Shown piece after piece: positions 39,640-49,298 of a stretch of 64,000 nucleotides of DNA. The DNA is from Clostridia bacterium (lineage in GTDB: Bacteria > Bacillota > Clostridia > Christensenellales > CAG-138), in contig JAFYJD010000025.1 of assembly GCA_017538255.1 (NCBI GenBank), positions 25,306-89,305 of the forward strand, in the 5' to 3' direction. The position numbers and the translations under genes were made by a program. The notes under the pieces were generated by a model, which saw only the letters and a list, made by a program, of their open reading frames with translations, made no database searches and was not told where the DNA came from. Position 1 is the stretch's first letter. Every line of letters starts with the position of its first letter.

Positions 39640-40890
39640 TTACATTCTCTTTTCGTACTTTCTCTTTTCGTACTTTGCTTTGATATGCCTCTGTTCGTTC
39701 GGCTCCCTGTCAAGACGGAATTGGACGGAGTTTTTAAGATAATGCAGATAACTTTCGTCGTCGCACATAGCCTTGCCCGGCGTATCCGACAGTTTTGCAA
39801 CGGGGCGGTCGTTCACATACTGCAGTTTTATAACGATATTGAGGGGATCCACACAGGTGTCGTTGGAGCAAAATGTACCGATGCCGAATGAGACCTTTGT
39901 CTTGTCCTTAAAGTACTCGTAGAGCGCCTGCGCATTGTCGAAGTTCAGGCTGTCGCTGAACAGCAGCAGTTTTGTTTTCGGATCAACACCGTATTTTTTA
40001 TAGTGATCGATTATCTTGTCGCCCCATACGAATGGATCGCCGCTGTCGTGCCTAACGCCCGAATAGTTATTTACCATGGAGCGGTTGAAGTCCAGTAAGA
40101 ACAGATCGGTTGTTATCGTATCCGTGAGTGCAGTTCCGTTATCGCCGTCATATTCATCGTACCAATCGCGAAGCGCGTAGTGGTTGGTAAACGCGAGCGG
40201 GATCGAATCGATGCCCTGGTACATCTGCACGAACTCGTGCGCGTATGTGCCTATCGGCGTCAGATCGTATTTCATTGCGAGATAGACATTTGAGGTGCCC
40301 ACACAGTTCTTTGTTTCCGTCGCCAAGCGCCGCACAACCTCGTCCTGCCACTCCCTTGAAAGCCTGCGTCTGCATCCAAACTCCGCAAATGAGAATGTGT
40401 ATTTGCCGGAGTTAAAATCGGCAATCTTTTGGTCAAGGCGTTCCATCGCGGAAGCCTGTAACTCTTCATAATTATAACTTAGTCTGAAATAAACCTCGTT
40501 GATGATCTCCAAAAGATATATCTCAAACTGCATCGCAGAAAACAACGGACCGTCGACGATGACACTCAATTCGCCGTCTTCGCTGAGGCTTGTAAAAACA
40601 TATTCCCTTATCGGATGCCAAAGGCGCAAGAACTCAACATAGTCGTTTTTAATAAAACGAATGGAACGCAGATAATCAAGTTCCCGCTTCGTAAAACTTA
40701 AACTGCAAAGATGGTCGATCTGCGCATTGATCTCCTCAAGCATTTCTTTTGTAAACCTTATATCCTCATTGCGGCATTTGAAATGGTATTCGCCGCAGAG
40801 GTCGGTATGCTTATGAAAGATGACCTGATCCATATTGAACTTATACAGATCCGTGTCAAGCAGCGAGACAACAATTGGTTCGAGTTTCAT
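39640..40890 (-). CDS. pncB: Nicotinate phosphoribosyltransferase
   Basis: SLLDTDLYKF, EFGCRRR, GTSNV, GTYAHE, GVRHDSGDP, FSDSL, FGIGT. Confidence 0.95.
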   Translation of the reverse strand: MKLEPIVVSLLDTDLYKFNMDQVIFHKHTDLCGEYHFKCRNEDIRFTKEMLEEINAQIDHLCSLSFTKRELDYLRSIRFIKNDYVEFLRLWHPIREYVFTSLSEDGELSVIVDGPLFSAMQFEIYLLEIINEVYFRLSYNYEELQASAMERLDQKIADFNSGKYTFSFAEFGCRRRLSREWQDEVVRRLATETKNCVGTSNVYLAMKYDLTPIGTYAHEFVQMYQGIDSIPLAFTNHYALRDWYDEYDGDNGTALTDTITTDLFLLDFNRSMVNNYSGVRHDSGDPFVWGDKIIDHYKKYGVDPKTKLLLFSDSLNFDNAQALYEYFKDKTKVSFGIGTFCSNDTCVDPLNIVIKLQYVNDRPVAKLSDTPGKAMCDDESYLHYLKNSVQFRLDREPNEQRHIKAKYEKRKYEKRM

Positions 40891-41174
40891 ATTCGGTTCC
40901 TTTCGCATTTAAAGTTCTGTTTTCGCAACTATACAAAAATGATAACATATTCAATATGAAAAATCAACTGTGCCCGGACGCCGTCTCATTTTCTCAAAAG
41001 GCACAGCAACAGCGATATTATTCAGCCAAATCAAAGCGGCACGAACAATTGCTCGCGTCGCCTTCTTGCAACTCTGCGCGTATTGGAATATAATACGGAT
41101 ATGTCCTTGTTGTTTGCTTTAATATGTCGCTGAATGACGGGGTAATTTACATTGACCTAAAACGAGGTGAAAAT

Positions 41175-41843
41175 ATGCACTCGGTGCTCGTAATTGAGGA
41201 TGACAAAGATATCAACGGCCTTCTTTGCAGCATTATGGTTCAAAGCGGCTTCGCTGTTGATTCCGCCCGCGACGGGCTTGAAGGACTGCAAAAAGCATTA
41301 TCCGGCAACTATCAAATAATCCTTATGGATCTGATGCTACCATTAAAAACAGTCGAAGAACTGCTGAAGGAACTGCGCGCCGTAAAAGATACTCCGGTGG
41401 TGATTATCTCTGCCAAGTCCGAGGTCTACAGCAGAATAGAACTTTTCAGGATAGGTGCGGACGACTATATCACAAAGCCCTTTGATATTGACGAGGTCAC
41501 GCTCCGCATACAGGCGGTACTGCGGCGAACAGCAGCGCAAAACACTTCCTTTCTGATGTTCAGGGATATTAAACTTGATACCGACTCCAAGCGCGTATAC
41601 GTCAAGGACAGCGAGATCTCCTGTACCGCCACCGAATATGCGATACTTGAACTTTTGCTGAAAAACCCTAAAACGATATTCTCAAAGAGGAGGCTTTATG
41701 AAGGCGTTTCCGGCAACGAATACCTAAGCGACGACAACACTATGAACGTGCACATCAGCAATCTTCGCAAGAAGATGGCTAAATATACCTCCGATGAATA
41801 TATCGAAACGGTTTATGGATTGGGCTACCGGTTGATAAATTAA
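41175..41843 (+). CDS. OmpR-family response regulator
   Basis: VIEDD, MDLMLP, ISAK, ADDYITKPF, VHISNLRKK, ETVYGLGYR. Confidence 0.95.
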   Translation: MHSVLVIEDDKDINGLLCSIMVQSGFAVDSARDGLEGLQKALSGNYQIILMDLMLPLKTVEELLKELRAVKDTPVVIISAKSEVYSRIELFRIGADDYITKPFDIDEVTLRIQAVLRRTAAQNTSFLMFRDIKLDTDSKRVYVKDSEISCTATEYAILELLLKNPKTIFSKRRLYEGVSGNEYLSDDNTMNVHISNLRKKMAKYTSDEYIETVYGLGYRLIN

Positions 41844-41876
41844 GGTTTTCTTTAGATTTAATGAAGAATATTTAGA
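41840..41876 (+). promoter_or_regulatory. Putative OmpR-type direct-repeat operator before the ABC transporter
   Basis: TTAAGG, TTTAGA, TGAAGA, TTTAGA at roughly 10-11 bp period. Confidence 0.5.
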
Positions 41877-41908
41877 GTATCGTATGTCATTATAAGAGTT
41901 GAAAGGAG

Positions 41909-42844
41909 ATGTTTGTGCATATGGAAAATATCATTTTGCAAACACGCGGAATTACCGTAAAATACGGCGGTTTTTCAGTTCTCGACAACGTAAGCATAAG
42001 TCTTAAAGAAAGACATATCTATGGCTTTATCGGCGAAAACGGCGCAGGCAAAACCACGCTTATGAAGGTCATTACAGGTCTGCTTTATCCTGACAGCGGC
42101 GATCTGACGCTGTTTGGAAAGAGCAAGCCTTCCGATCTTTTGCAGATGCGCCGTAAAATCGGAAGCACCATCGAAGCGCCCGCACTTTACCCCGAATACT
42201 CCGCAATACGCAATCTTGAATTGCAACGCATAATTATCGGCAATCCCGACAAGGAAATATGCAATAAACTGCTGGAAACGGTAGGTTTAACATCTGTTGG
42301 CGACAAAAAGGTAAAAAAGTTCTCAATGGGCATGAAGCAACGGTTAAGCATCGCAATGGCGCTTATCGGCAAGCCAAAACTGCTGATACTCGACGAGCCC
42401 ACAAACGGTCTTGATCCCAAAAACATAGCCGAACTTCGCGCTTTATTGAAAAGGTTGAATGATGAAAACGATGTGACGCTGTTCATATCAAGCCATATAC
42501 TCAGCGAACTGTACCTGCTTGCCACCGATTATTATATCATCCACAAGGGGCGAATCATAGAGTCGCTGACCCATGATGAGTTATGCCAAAAATGCAGGCA
42601 GTACATAAATATCAAAACAACAGAACTGCCAAGATGCATAACCACAATAGAGGCAGCGTTCGGCAATGTTGAATACACCGTAATCGATAGCGAAACAATG
42701 CGCCTTTTCTCCTGTGTAGACAGAGCCGAGGACGTCGCAAAAACACTTATGAACGATCATATCGTCACAAAGGAGTTTTCGGTCATCGAGCAGAGTTTGG
42801 AAGAGTATTTTCTTTCCATTACGGGAGGTGTGAGTCATGCTTAA
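41909..42844 (+). CDS. BcrA/LanF-type ABC ATP-binding protein
   Basis: GENGAGKTT, IEAPALYP, FSMGMKQRL, DEPTNGLDP, SSHILSE. Confidence 0.92.
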   Translation: MFVHMENIILQTRGITVKYGGFSVLDNVSISLKERHIYGFIGENGAGKTTLMKVITGLLYPDSGDLTLFGKSKPSDLLQMRRKIGSTIEAPALYPEYSAIRNLELQRIIIGNPDKEICNKLLETVGLTSVGDKKVKKFSMGMKQRLSIAMALIGKPKLLILDEPTNGLDPKNIAELRALLKRLNDENDVTLFISSHILSELYLLATDYYIIHKGRIIESLTHDELCQKCRQYINIKTTELPRCITTIEAAFGNVEYTVIDSETMRLFSCVDRAEDVAKTLMNDHIVTKEFSVIEQSLEEYFLSITGGVSHA

Positions 42845-43532
42845 TCAAATGTCTGTCCAGAAGTATAAAGCTGTACGCTTTCCGATCCTGTATATCGCGG
42901 CGCTTGTCACGATTACGATGGGTTTTTTGTACGGTTATTTAAAACTGCCGCCAACATTCGATACGAATGCGGTATTCTCGGATACGGTATGCGACACCTC
43001 CGGTTTCTTTATTTTTGCCCTTGTAGCCGCTTGGTTTGCCGGGAACGATTTTCTGACAAGAACGATACACAATGAGATCAAAGCAGGCTACAGACGTTTT
43101 TCGCTGATCCTTACCAGAACCGTCACAACTACAACAATGGTGATACTGCTGCATCTTGGCTATATTCTGTCTACCGTTATCGGATTTTCCGTAAAAAACG
43201 GATTTGACACAAGTCTGTTTACCGTTGTCAATCTTTTTTGGCTGCTTACGGTTCTTATTCAGGTATGCGCTGATATCTGCATTGTTATGTTCATCGTTTT
43301 CTCGCTGAAGAAAGCGACGTCCGCAATCGCAGTAGCGGTTGTTTTCGCATTTATAGCGTTCAATGTTCTCAGAAACTTTATAAGCGAAAGCGTGTTCAGG
43401 TTGACCCCGTTCAGCCTTGCGCAGACAAGCGATGCCGGAACGCTCGCATTATCGGCAGTAATTGCGGCAGCGGTGATTGCCTGGACCCTTACCGCTACCC
43501 ACTTTGTGTTCAGAAAGGCAGAGATTAAATGA
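42837..43532 (+). CDS. ABC-2 type permease (antimicrobial peptide resistance type)
   Basis: About 6 hydrophobic segments, DFLTRTIHNEIKAG, ends FRKAEIK. Confidence 0.85.
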   Translation: MLNQMSVQKYKAVRFPILYIAALVTITMGFLYGYLKLPPTFDTNAVFSDTVCDTSGFFIFALVAAWFAGNDFLTRTIHNEIKAGYRRFSLILTRTVTTTTMVILLHLGYILSTVIGFSVKNGFDTSLFTVVNLFWLLTVLIQVCADICIVMFIVFSLKKATSAIAVAVVFAFIAFNVLRNFISESVFRLTPFSLAQTSDAGTLALSAVIAAAVIAWTLTATHFVFRKAEIK

Positions 43533-43541
43533 GGAGATGAT

Positions 43542-44435
43542 TTGGCTTTGGAAATAACCATTATATCAGCACTATGCGTGGCTGCTTTCCTGTTGTCGGC
43601 AAAGTTGATCGCCCTGAAACGACGAATACGCGCATTGTCAATTCAACTGGATGATTGCGACGCTACGCTGATTGCAGCACAACTCAATGGAGATGAACTC
43701 GAAACTGTTGTAAAAAAGATCAACTCCAAGATAGCGGAAGAGCAGAAGGCTAAAGCGCAAATACGCAAAGAGCAGGACGCGATAAAACAGGCGATCGCCA
43801 ATATATCACACGATATGCGCACACCGCTTACATCGGTGATCGGGTATCTTCAACTGGCAGAGCGCTCTGCCGAAAACGACGAACAACGGGCTAATATACG
43901 TATCGCACTTGAACGCGCAAAGCATTGCTGTTCCCTGGTGGACGACTTTTTTGAACTGTCGGTCATCGATGCAAACGGATGCGATCCTGTGATGGAAAAG
44001 ATCGATGTAAACGAATTGCTCTGCGAAATGATACTTGCCAATCACCCGGTTTTCGAAGCCAAAAGTATCACTCCCCGCTTTGATTACAGCAAAGAGCCTG
44101 TCTATGCGCTGGCGGATCGAAAACTTCTAACAAGAGTCATACAAAATCTGCTGTCAAACGCTGTCAAGTACGGTTATGACAGCATCGACTTTTCTGTCGT
44201 ATCGAGTGAAACCGTATGCATTTCCATGGCAAATCCCATAGCCGACAACGACCTTGATACAGAACGATTATTCGATAGATTCTACCGTGCAAGCAAGTCA
44301 AGAACGGATTCAGGCACCGGAATAGGGCTGTATTTGTGCAAGCAGCTGTTGGAATCTATGGGCGGAAGGATTTCGGCTAGTGTCGACAGCGGCAGTTTGA
44401 CTATCTCCGTTACGCTTAAGCTTTTTCATAATTGA
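43542..44435 (+). CDS. Sensor histidine kinase
   Basis: NISHDMRTPLT, NLLSNAVKY, FDRFYR, GTGIGL. Confidence 0.94.
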   Translation: MALEITIISALCVAAFLLSAKLIALKRRIRALSIQLDDCDATLIAAQLNGDELETVVKKINSKIAEEQKAKAQIRKEQDAIKQAIANISHDMRTPLTSVIGYLQLAERSAENDEQRANIRIALERAKHCCSLVDDFFELSVIDANGCDPVMEKIDVNELLCEMILANHPVFEAKSITPRFDYSKEPVYALADRKLLTRVIQNLLSNAVKYGYDSIDFSVVSSETVCISMANPIADNDLDTERLFDRFYRASKSRTDSGTGIGLYLCKQLLESMGGRISASVDSGSLTISVTLKLFHN

Positions 44436-44526
44436 AAGCAGTTATACAATGATGCATTCGAGTCAAGTTAGTCATTCCAAAGCCTTGGAGCACTTGGCAA
44501 ATGCATAAGTCGATAGAAGTGCACAA

Positions 44527-45147
44527 TTAAAACATATGAGGGAGCTCGTAAAGAGAATGCACCGTGTATTCCGGTATCTCGTCAACGCATAGCGGCGATT
44601 GATATGCACCGAACCCGCGAAGCAGCCTCACGCTGTGCATTCCCAGGCGATTCGCCGGCGCAATATCGTTATCCAACCTATCACCTACCATCACGGCGCT
44701 TTGTGCGCTGCATTTTGCCTGTTCCAATGCCCATTGAAAGATAACCGTATCCGGCTTTGTCATACCCAATTCCGCCGAAGCGGCGATCACATCAAAGTAT
44801 TGAAGCAGATCCCAATCGGCAAGCCGCTGCTCCGTTCCGTAATTCTGATTTGCGATCACACCGAGTTTATATCCCTTCTGCTTAAGTTGTTCAAGCGTTG
44901 GCGCGGCATCAGGATAGGGTGCTTCTTCCTCGCTGTGCCAAGGCGCTTTTGTCAATCCAAAATAAGAAATGACATAGCGATCAGCATAAAAACCTTTGCG
45001 GATCATTTCTATGCGCTTTATGCGGTATTCATCCTCTGTGATGTCCGTGCCGGCTATCATCTCGCGTATCCTTCGCAGGTCGGCTTTCTCTTCATCTATC
45101 AATGTTGAGCCAATATCAAAAAATATCCATTCGATTTTATGAGTCAT
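44527..45147 (-). CDS. HAD family hydrolase
   Basis: FFDIGSTL, IANQ, KPD, MVGDRLDNDI. Confidence 0.9.
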   Translation of the reverse strand: MTHKIEWIFFDIGSTLIDEEKADLRRIREMIAGTDITEDEYRIKRIEMIRKGFYADRYVISYFGLTKAPWHSEEEAPYPDAAPTLEQLKQKGYKLGVIANQNYGTEQRLADWDLLQYFDVIAASAELGMTKPDTVIFQWALEQAKCSAQSAVMVGDRLDNDIAPANRLGMHSVRLLRGFGAYQSPLCVDEIPEYTVHSLYELPHMF

Positions 45148-45198
45148 AATTTGATCCTCAAATTTACACGCACAGTTCGGCAAACCGAAAACTGCCGA

Positions 45199-45864
45199 TC
45201 AAAACCTATCAAATCTTAAAAAGGCTTTTCGACACCATGCAAATAATAAATTGAACGCATTATCGAAATCATAATCATCCGGCAGTTCCGACAATGCCAG
45301 CACCCTGCGATCTTCTTCAGACGACATTTCCATCAATTTGCTTTTTGTCGTGACGAATTCGCCGCTTTCAAGATAGTGAAGGTTTTGAATGAGAAAAAAC
45401 AGTCCTTTACACGTTAAGCGAAACCTATCATAATTGAACTCACGATCGCTATGGATATATCGGTGGCATAATTCGTGATAGATATTTCCGAGGCTGAACT
45501 TAGCATAGTTGATCTCATCATCTTTTGATGCGTCCGGCAGGTACGCATTTAATGTACCGTATATGTCTTTTGTCGTATTCTTAAGTTGGCACACTTCCAA
45601 CGGATTCCATCGCGTCATTTCATCTATTCCGCAAATAAAGCCGCACGACTTTTCAAAGTGCCCTATCCTCTCAAGTATGGACCGATACACGTTCATATCC
45701 GCAACGGAAAAATCTTCAATGATGACCATAACGTCTATATCGCTGTTTTCGGTTGCTTCGCCGCGCATATAGCTGCCCTGAAGTCCGACATACAGCAATC
45801 TGTCGCCAAATGCTGATCTGCACGCCGTAATCAGTTCCCGTAGGTACGCATCCAATTCAAACAT
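45199..45864 (-). CDS. Nucleotidyltransferase-domain protein (Pol-beta superfamily) with a helical C-terminal domain
   Basis: GLQGSYMRGEATENSDIDVMVI. Confidence 0.85.
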   Translation of the reverse strand: MFELDAYLRELITACRSAFGDRLLYVGLQGSYMRGEATENSDIDVMVIIEDFSVADMNVYRSILERIGHFEKSCGFICGIDEMTRWNPLEVCQLKNTTKDIYGTLNAYLPDASKDDEINYAKFSLGNIYHELCHRYIHSDREFNYDRFRLTCKGLFFLIQNLHYLESGEFVTTKSKLMEMSSEEDRRVLALSELPDDYDFDNAFNLLFAWCRKAFLRFDRF

Positions 45865-46077
45865 AACGCCTCCATAAACCTAAATTCGTTAACGCGGAAC
45901 ACTTAGTTGAAAAAAGTACTTGCCTTCGCAAGTTCTATTTTCTGTGAAAGATGCGGCAAAAGTACACTTTTTGATGGTATTCAAGTTAAAAGTACACCTG
46001 CCGTCTGCCTCGACAAACGGGAAGTTGTCAATCTGGTATTATTATGCTCTCAATCCGTGACAGATGCATTTATACGA

Positions 46078-47112
46078 TCAATGAGTCTTTGCCAATTGCT
46101 TCTCCAGTTCGGCTTTGGAATGATGATGACCGTGCTTTTCATCGGAGAGGTAGTGATCGTGCTCATGCTCGTGCGTCACGGTGTGAATGTGTGTTGAGCC
46201 GTCGTGCGTGTGGGTGAAGGTGTGCGCGTGCAGATGCGTGTGGTTCCGCTTCAGCGTGTCGACAACGACGAGTGCCGCGCCAAGCACCATAACCGCGAGC
46301 GCGATAAGATACGTCCACGAGAGCTTTTCGCGGAGTATCACGAAGGAGAGAAACGCCCCGATGAACGGCGCGACCGCGTAGTACGCGCTGGTCTTTGCCG
46401 CGCCGAGGGCGCTCTGCGCGCGGACGTATAGAAATATGCTGAGCCCGTAAGCGACGAACCCGAGCGCGAGGGCGGCGGCGATATAGCCGAAGCCGGGGAA
46501 GGCCTCCCTCTTGATAAGCGCGATTGCAAGCGCACCAAGGCCGGAGAATACGCCCTTCAATATGACGATATCATACGTGCTCTTTGAGGAGATCTTCCTC
46601 GTGCAGTTGTTTTCAAGGCCCCAGCAGATCGTCGCCCCGAGCACAAAAAGCGAAGCATAGGAAAACCGGAAGCTGTCCGTGCCTTCAAACGAAAGAATGA
46701 TGCTGGAAAGGGTTATCAGCGCGATGGCGATCCACAGCCTTCTTGATACGGCTTCCCTGAATATGGCAAGCGCGATGACGGTTGTTGCGACGATCTCGAA
46801 ATTGCCGAGCAGAGAGGCGTTGGCCGAGGAACCTCGGCTGATGCCGAGCATGAGCAGTATCGGCGCGACGATATCGAGAATGATCATACCTATGACGTAT
46901 GGCAGGTCGCTTTTTCCGAGCTTCTCGGACTCTGCTCGATCCTTTTTATTGAACAGCGAGAGTATGCCTATCCCGACGCCAGCGCCGAGGTATAAAAGCG
47001 CGGCCATGGTCGTCTCCCCGACGTGCGCGAGCAGCAGCTTTGAAAGCGGCACGTTGACCGCGTAGAACGCCGCCGCGAGTATCGCGAATAGTATCGCTTT
47101 GATTTTGCTCAT
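46078..47112 (-). CDS. DMT/EamA transporter with a His-rich C-terminal tail
   Basis: EamA duplication; ends HTHLHAHTFTHTHDGSTHIHTVTHEHEHDHY..HGHHHS. Confidence 0.9.
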   Translation of the reverse strand: MSKIKAILFAILAAAFYAVNVPLSKLLLAHVGETTMAALLYLGAGVGIGILSLFNKKDRAESEKLGKSDLPYVIGMIILDIVAPILLMLGISRGSSANASLLGNFEIVATTVIALAIFREAVSRRLWIAIALITLSSIILSFEGTDSFRFSYASLFVLGATICWGLENNCTRKISSKSTYDIVILKGVFSGLGALAIALIKREAFPGFGYIAAALALGFVAYGLSIFLYVRAQSALGAAKTSAYYAVAPFIGAFLSFVILREKLSWTYLIALAVMVLGAALVVVDTLKRNHTHLHAHTFTHTHDGSTHIHTVTHEHEHDHYLSDEKHGHHHSKAELEKQLAKTH

Positions 47113-47225
47113 GTTCTCTCCGCAAATTCCGATTTATCGAGCTGATTATACCATACCTTCCATGACAATTCAATCAAAAACGGGCTGCGGCAGCAGGTCA
47201 TCCCCCGCCGTCGCAGCCCGTTTCA

Positions 47226-47441
47226 TTATCTCACATATTCCTGCCCGATGCTCACACCACACTTGAGACACACCTCGATGCCGTCGTCCATTACGATGAT
47301 CCGGTCGACGATCATTCGCATTATCTCGCAGTCCGTCGTCGTGAGCAGTTTTCCGGAGTTGATGCCTTCGTCGAAGGCCTTAAGCCATGCCCTGACTTCC
47401 GCATATTTAAGCGTGCTGCTCTCAAGGGCCGCACACTTATC
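47226..47441 (-). pseudogene. C-terminal remnant of a large serine recombinase
   Basis: DKCAALESSTLKYAEVRAWLKAFDEG..IMRMIVDRIIVMDDGIEVCLKCGVSIGQEYVR*, followed by a GC hairpin at 47178-47224; no start codon. Confidence 0.65.
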
Positions 47442-47584
47442 TTTTTTCTTTGCATCGCAAAGAAACGCAAAAAGTACACCATCGCTTTGGGCCGTTTACG
47501 GGCTCTGAGAGCAAAAATAGGGCTGCGGTGCCCGTTTTACTCTTGTTTTGCCTGATTATGCCTGTTTTTCGTCCAAAAAGCAAG

Positions 47585-47629
47585 GAAAAACCCCTTTTGC
47601 CATAGGAGACAAAAGAGGTTTCTTTGTTG
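47585..47629. repeat. Diverged second copy of the hairpin that follows tRNA-Asn (48304-48344)
   Basis: aaaaccccttttgccataggagacaaaagaggtttctttgttg vs aaaacctcttttgccttggcagacaaagaggtttctttggtg. Confidence 0.75.
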
Positions 47630-47712
47630 TGAAAGAACGCGGAAAAGTGCACCAAAGCATAGAAAGAACGCCTAAAAGGTACATGGTGTGCAGCGCTGCA
47701 GACGGGGGCGCG

Positions 47713-48234
47713 TCATTGCCCCATCATCTCAAAGGCTTCTTCAAGGGGAACGGAGTCAACAAGTTCTTCCCAGACGTCTTCATTGTAATACCGGACGGTG
47801 GTTTCACCTGTCATGTAATCATTATCAAAAGTGGAGTTGGTACCCTCGGGAATGATCACATCGAAGCCTCTTTCAAATGCGGATTTCACGGTTGCGTCAA
47901 TGCAGTAGTTCGTCTGCAGGCCGATGATCATCAGGCGCTTATCCTCCTGCTGCTCCATGTATGCTTTGAATTCTTTGTTCCCGAAGCAGCTGTTGATGTT
48001 CTTGACGAAGACTTTTTCTCCCGGCTTGGGCTGCAGCAGATCAATGATCTCAAATCCTTCGTCGCCTGCGGACAGACCGCTGCCGGGGCCGGCGTCATGC
48101 TGGACGAAGATGACTTCAACTCCTTTTTTTCTGGCAGCGTCGACGAGCCGAACGGTGCTGTCCAAAAAGGTGTCAAAGGCATACAAGTCCTCATCCACAA
48201 GGGCTTTCTGCATATCGATCACTAATAGAATCAT
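47713..48234 (-). CDS. Cysteine hydrolase (isochorismatase family)
   Basis: LLVIDMQ, FVQHD, K..NSCF, GLQTNYCIDAT; RBS ggaggg. Confidence 0.92.
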   Translation of the reverse strand: MILLVIDMQKALVDEDLYAFDTFLDSTVRLVDAARKKGVEVIFVQHDAGPGSGLSAGDEGFEIIDLLQPKPGEKVFVKNINSCFGNKEFKAYMEQQEDKRLMIIGLQTNYCIDATVKSAFERGFDVIIPEGTNSTFDNDYMTGETTVRYYNEDVWEELVDSVPLEEAFEMMGQ

Positions 48235-48344
48235 TAGATGTCCCTCCTGTTGTTTTCCTGTGACAGGATCATTATACCATAACCCATCGGGGAAGTAAAC
48301 AAAGAAAACCTCTTTTGCCTTGGCAGACAAAGAGGTTTCTTTGG

Positions 48345-48420
48345 TGGCTCCCCCTGTTGGACTCGAACCAACGACACTGCGGTTAACAGCCGCATGCTCT
48401 ACCGACTGAGCTAAGGAGGA
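48345..48420 (-). tRNA. tRNA-Asn (anticodon GTT)
   Basis: TCCTCCTTAGCTCAGTCGGTAGAGCATGCGGCTGTTAACCGCAGTGTCGTTGGTTCGAGTCCAACAGGGGGAGCCA; sigma-A-like promoter upstream. Confidence 0.97.
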
Positions 48421-48613
48421 ATAATGTTTATGTTCTTCGGAACAGCGCTTATTATACATCACAGTTTATGCGAATGCAAGCCCTTTTCACGACTTTTCAT
48501 AAAGTATATTCTTTTTGGCGTCTGCACTCGCATTATTTGCCACAAATTGTATTGTATTACCGCTTCGGCTATGCTATAATCGAAATATACGAATGATACG
48601 GAGGTGCAGTTTT

Positions 48614-49021
48614 TTGATTAAGGTTATTTACGGTAAAAAAGGCACCGGCAAATCACGCCGACTCATCGCCATCGCCAACGAAAGACATACTTCAAGCGGC
48701 GAAAACGCCGTTTTCATCGACCATGACTGCGACAGGATGTATCTTATCGACCGCGGCATCCGCTTTATAAACGCGAGCGAGTTCCCGATCGACGGACCCA
48801 AGATGTTTTCCGGGTTTGTATCGGGCATCGCGGCGCAGGATTACGATCTGCAGGCTGTTTACATAAACAGTTTTATGAAGATAGTCAAGCATCCGATCAC
48901 AAGTCTTGAAAAGATGTTCGGCTTTCTTGAAGTGTTTTCGGACAGGATGAATGTAGAACTCATAATCAGCATCAGTTCCGATGAGCCGATGCCCGCGTTT
49001 CTCGAAAAATACATCCTTTAG
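48614..49021 (+). CDS. Conserved small clostridial P-loop protein
   Basis: TTG start after ggaggtg; IKVIYGKKGTGKS, IRFINASEF, GFVSGIAAQDYD. Confidence 0.8.
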   Translation: MIKVIYGKKGTGKSRRLIAIANERHTSSGENAVFIDHDCDRMYLIDRGIRFINASEFPIDGPKMFSGFVSGIAAQDYDLQAVYINSFMKIVKHPITSLEKMFGFLEVFSDRMNVELIISISSDEPMPAFLEKYIL

Positions 49022-49044
49022 TCATTAAACTTACCTTTCTGCCT

Positions 49045-49073
49045 GCCCCTCGTTCAAACGAAGGGGCTTTTTT
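49045..49073 (+). terminator. Rho-independent terminator
   Basis: gcccct..aggggc stem followed by T run. Confidence 0.7.
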
Positions 49074-49298
49074 CTTAATTTCTGTTTGAATCGATCCGGC
49101 AATTCATCGTTTACCGCTTCATATTTAGGTGCATATCCGTTCTTTTTTTTAAAAAAACACTTGTGTATTCACACCATAATGTGGTACAATATCAAGTGGT
49201 GTATAATGTGCATAAGGTGTGTTTCGTTTTTTCGCGATTTTCATTATGCACAGATAGCACGCTATTTTCGGCTTATGCCGTAGGAAAGGATGCAACAA

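Noticed and set aside
39646-39675. 15-bp tandem duplication tctcttttcgtactt at the pncB 3' end
   Set aside because: Only two copies in a non-conserved tail (KYEKR x2); likely a neutral slippage event.
40960-41130. Riboswitch or ncRNA upstream of pncB
   Set aside because: No recognisable NAD/preQ1-type motif or clear terminator; may be a gene remnant.
48235-48462. N-terminal extension of the cysteine hydrolase ORF
   Set aside because: It runs through tRNA-Asn; the real start is 48234 with an RBS.
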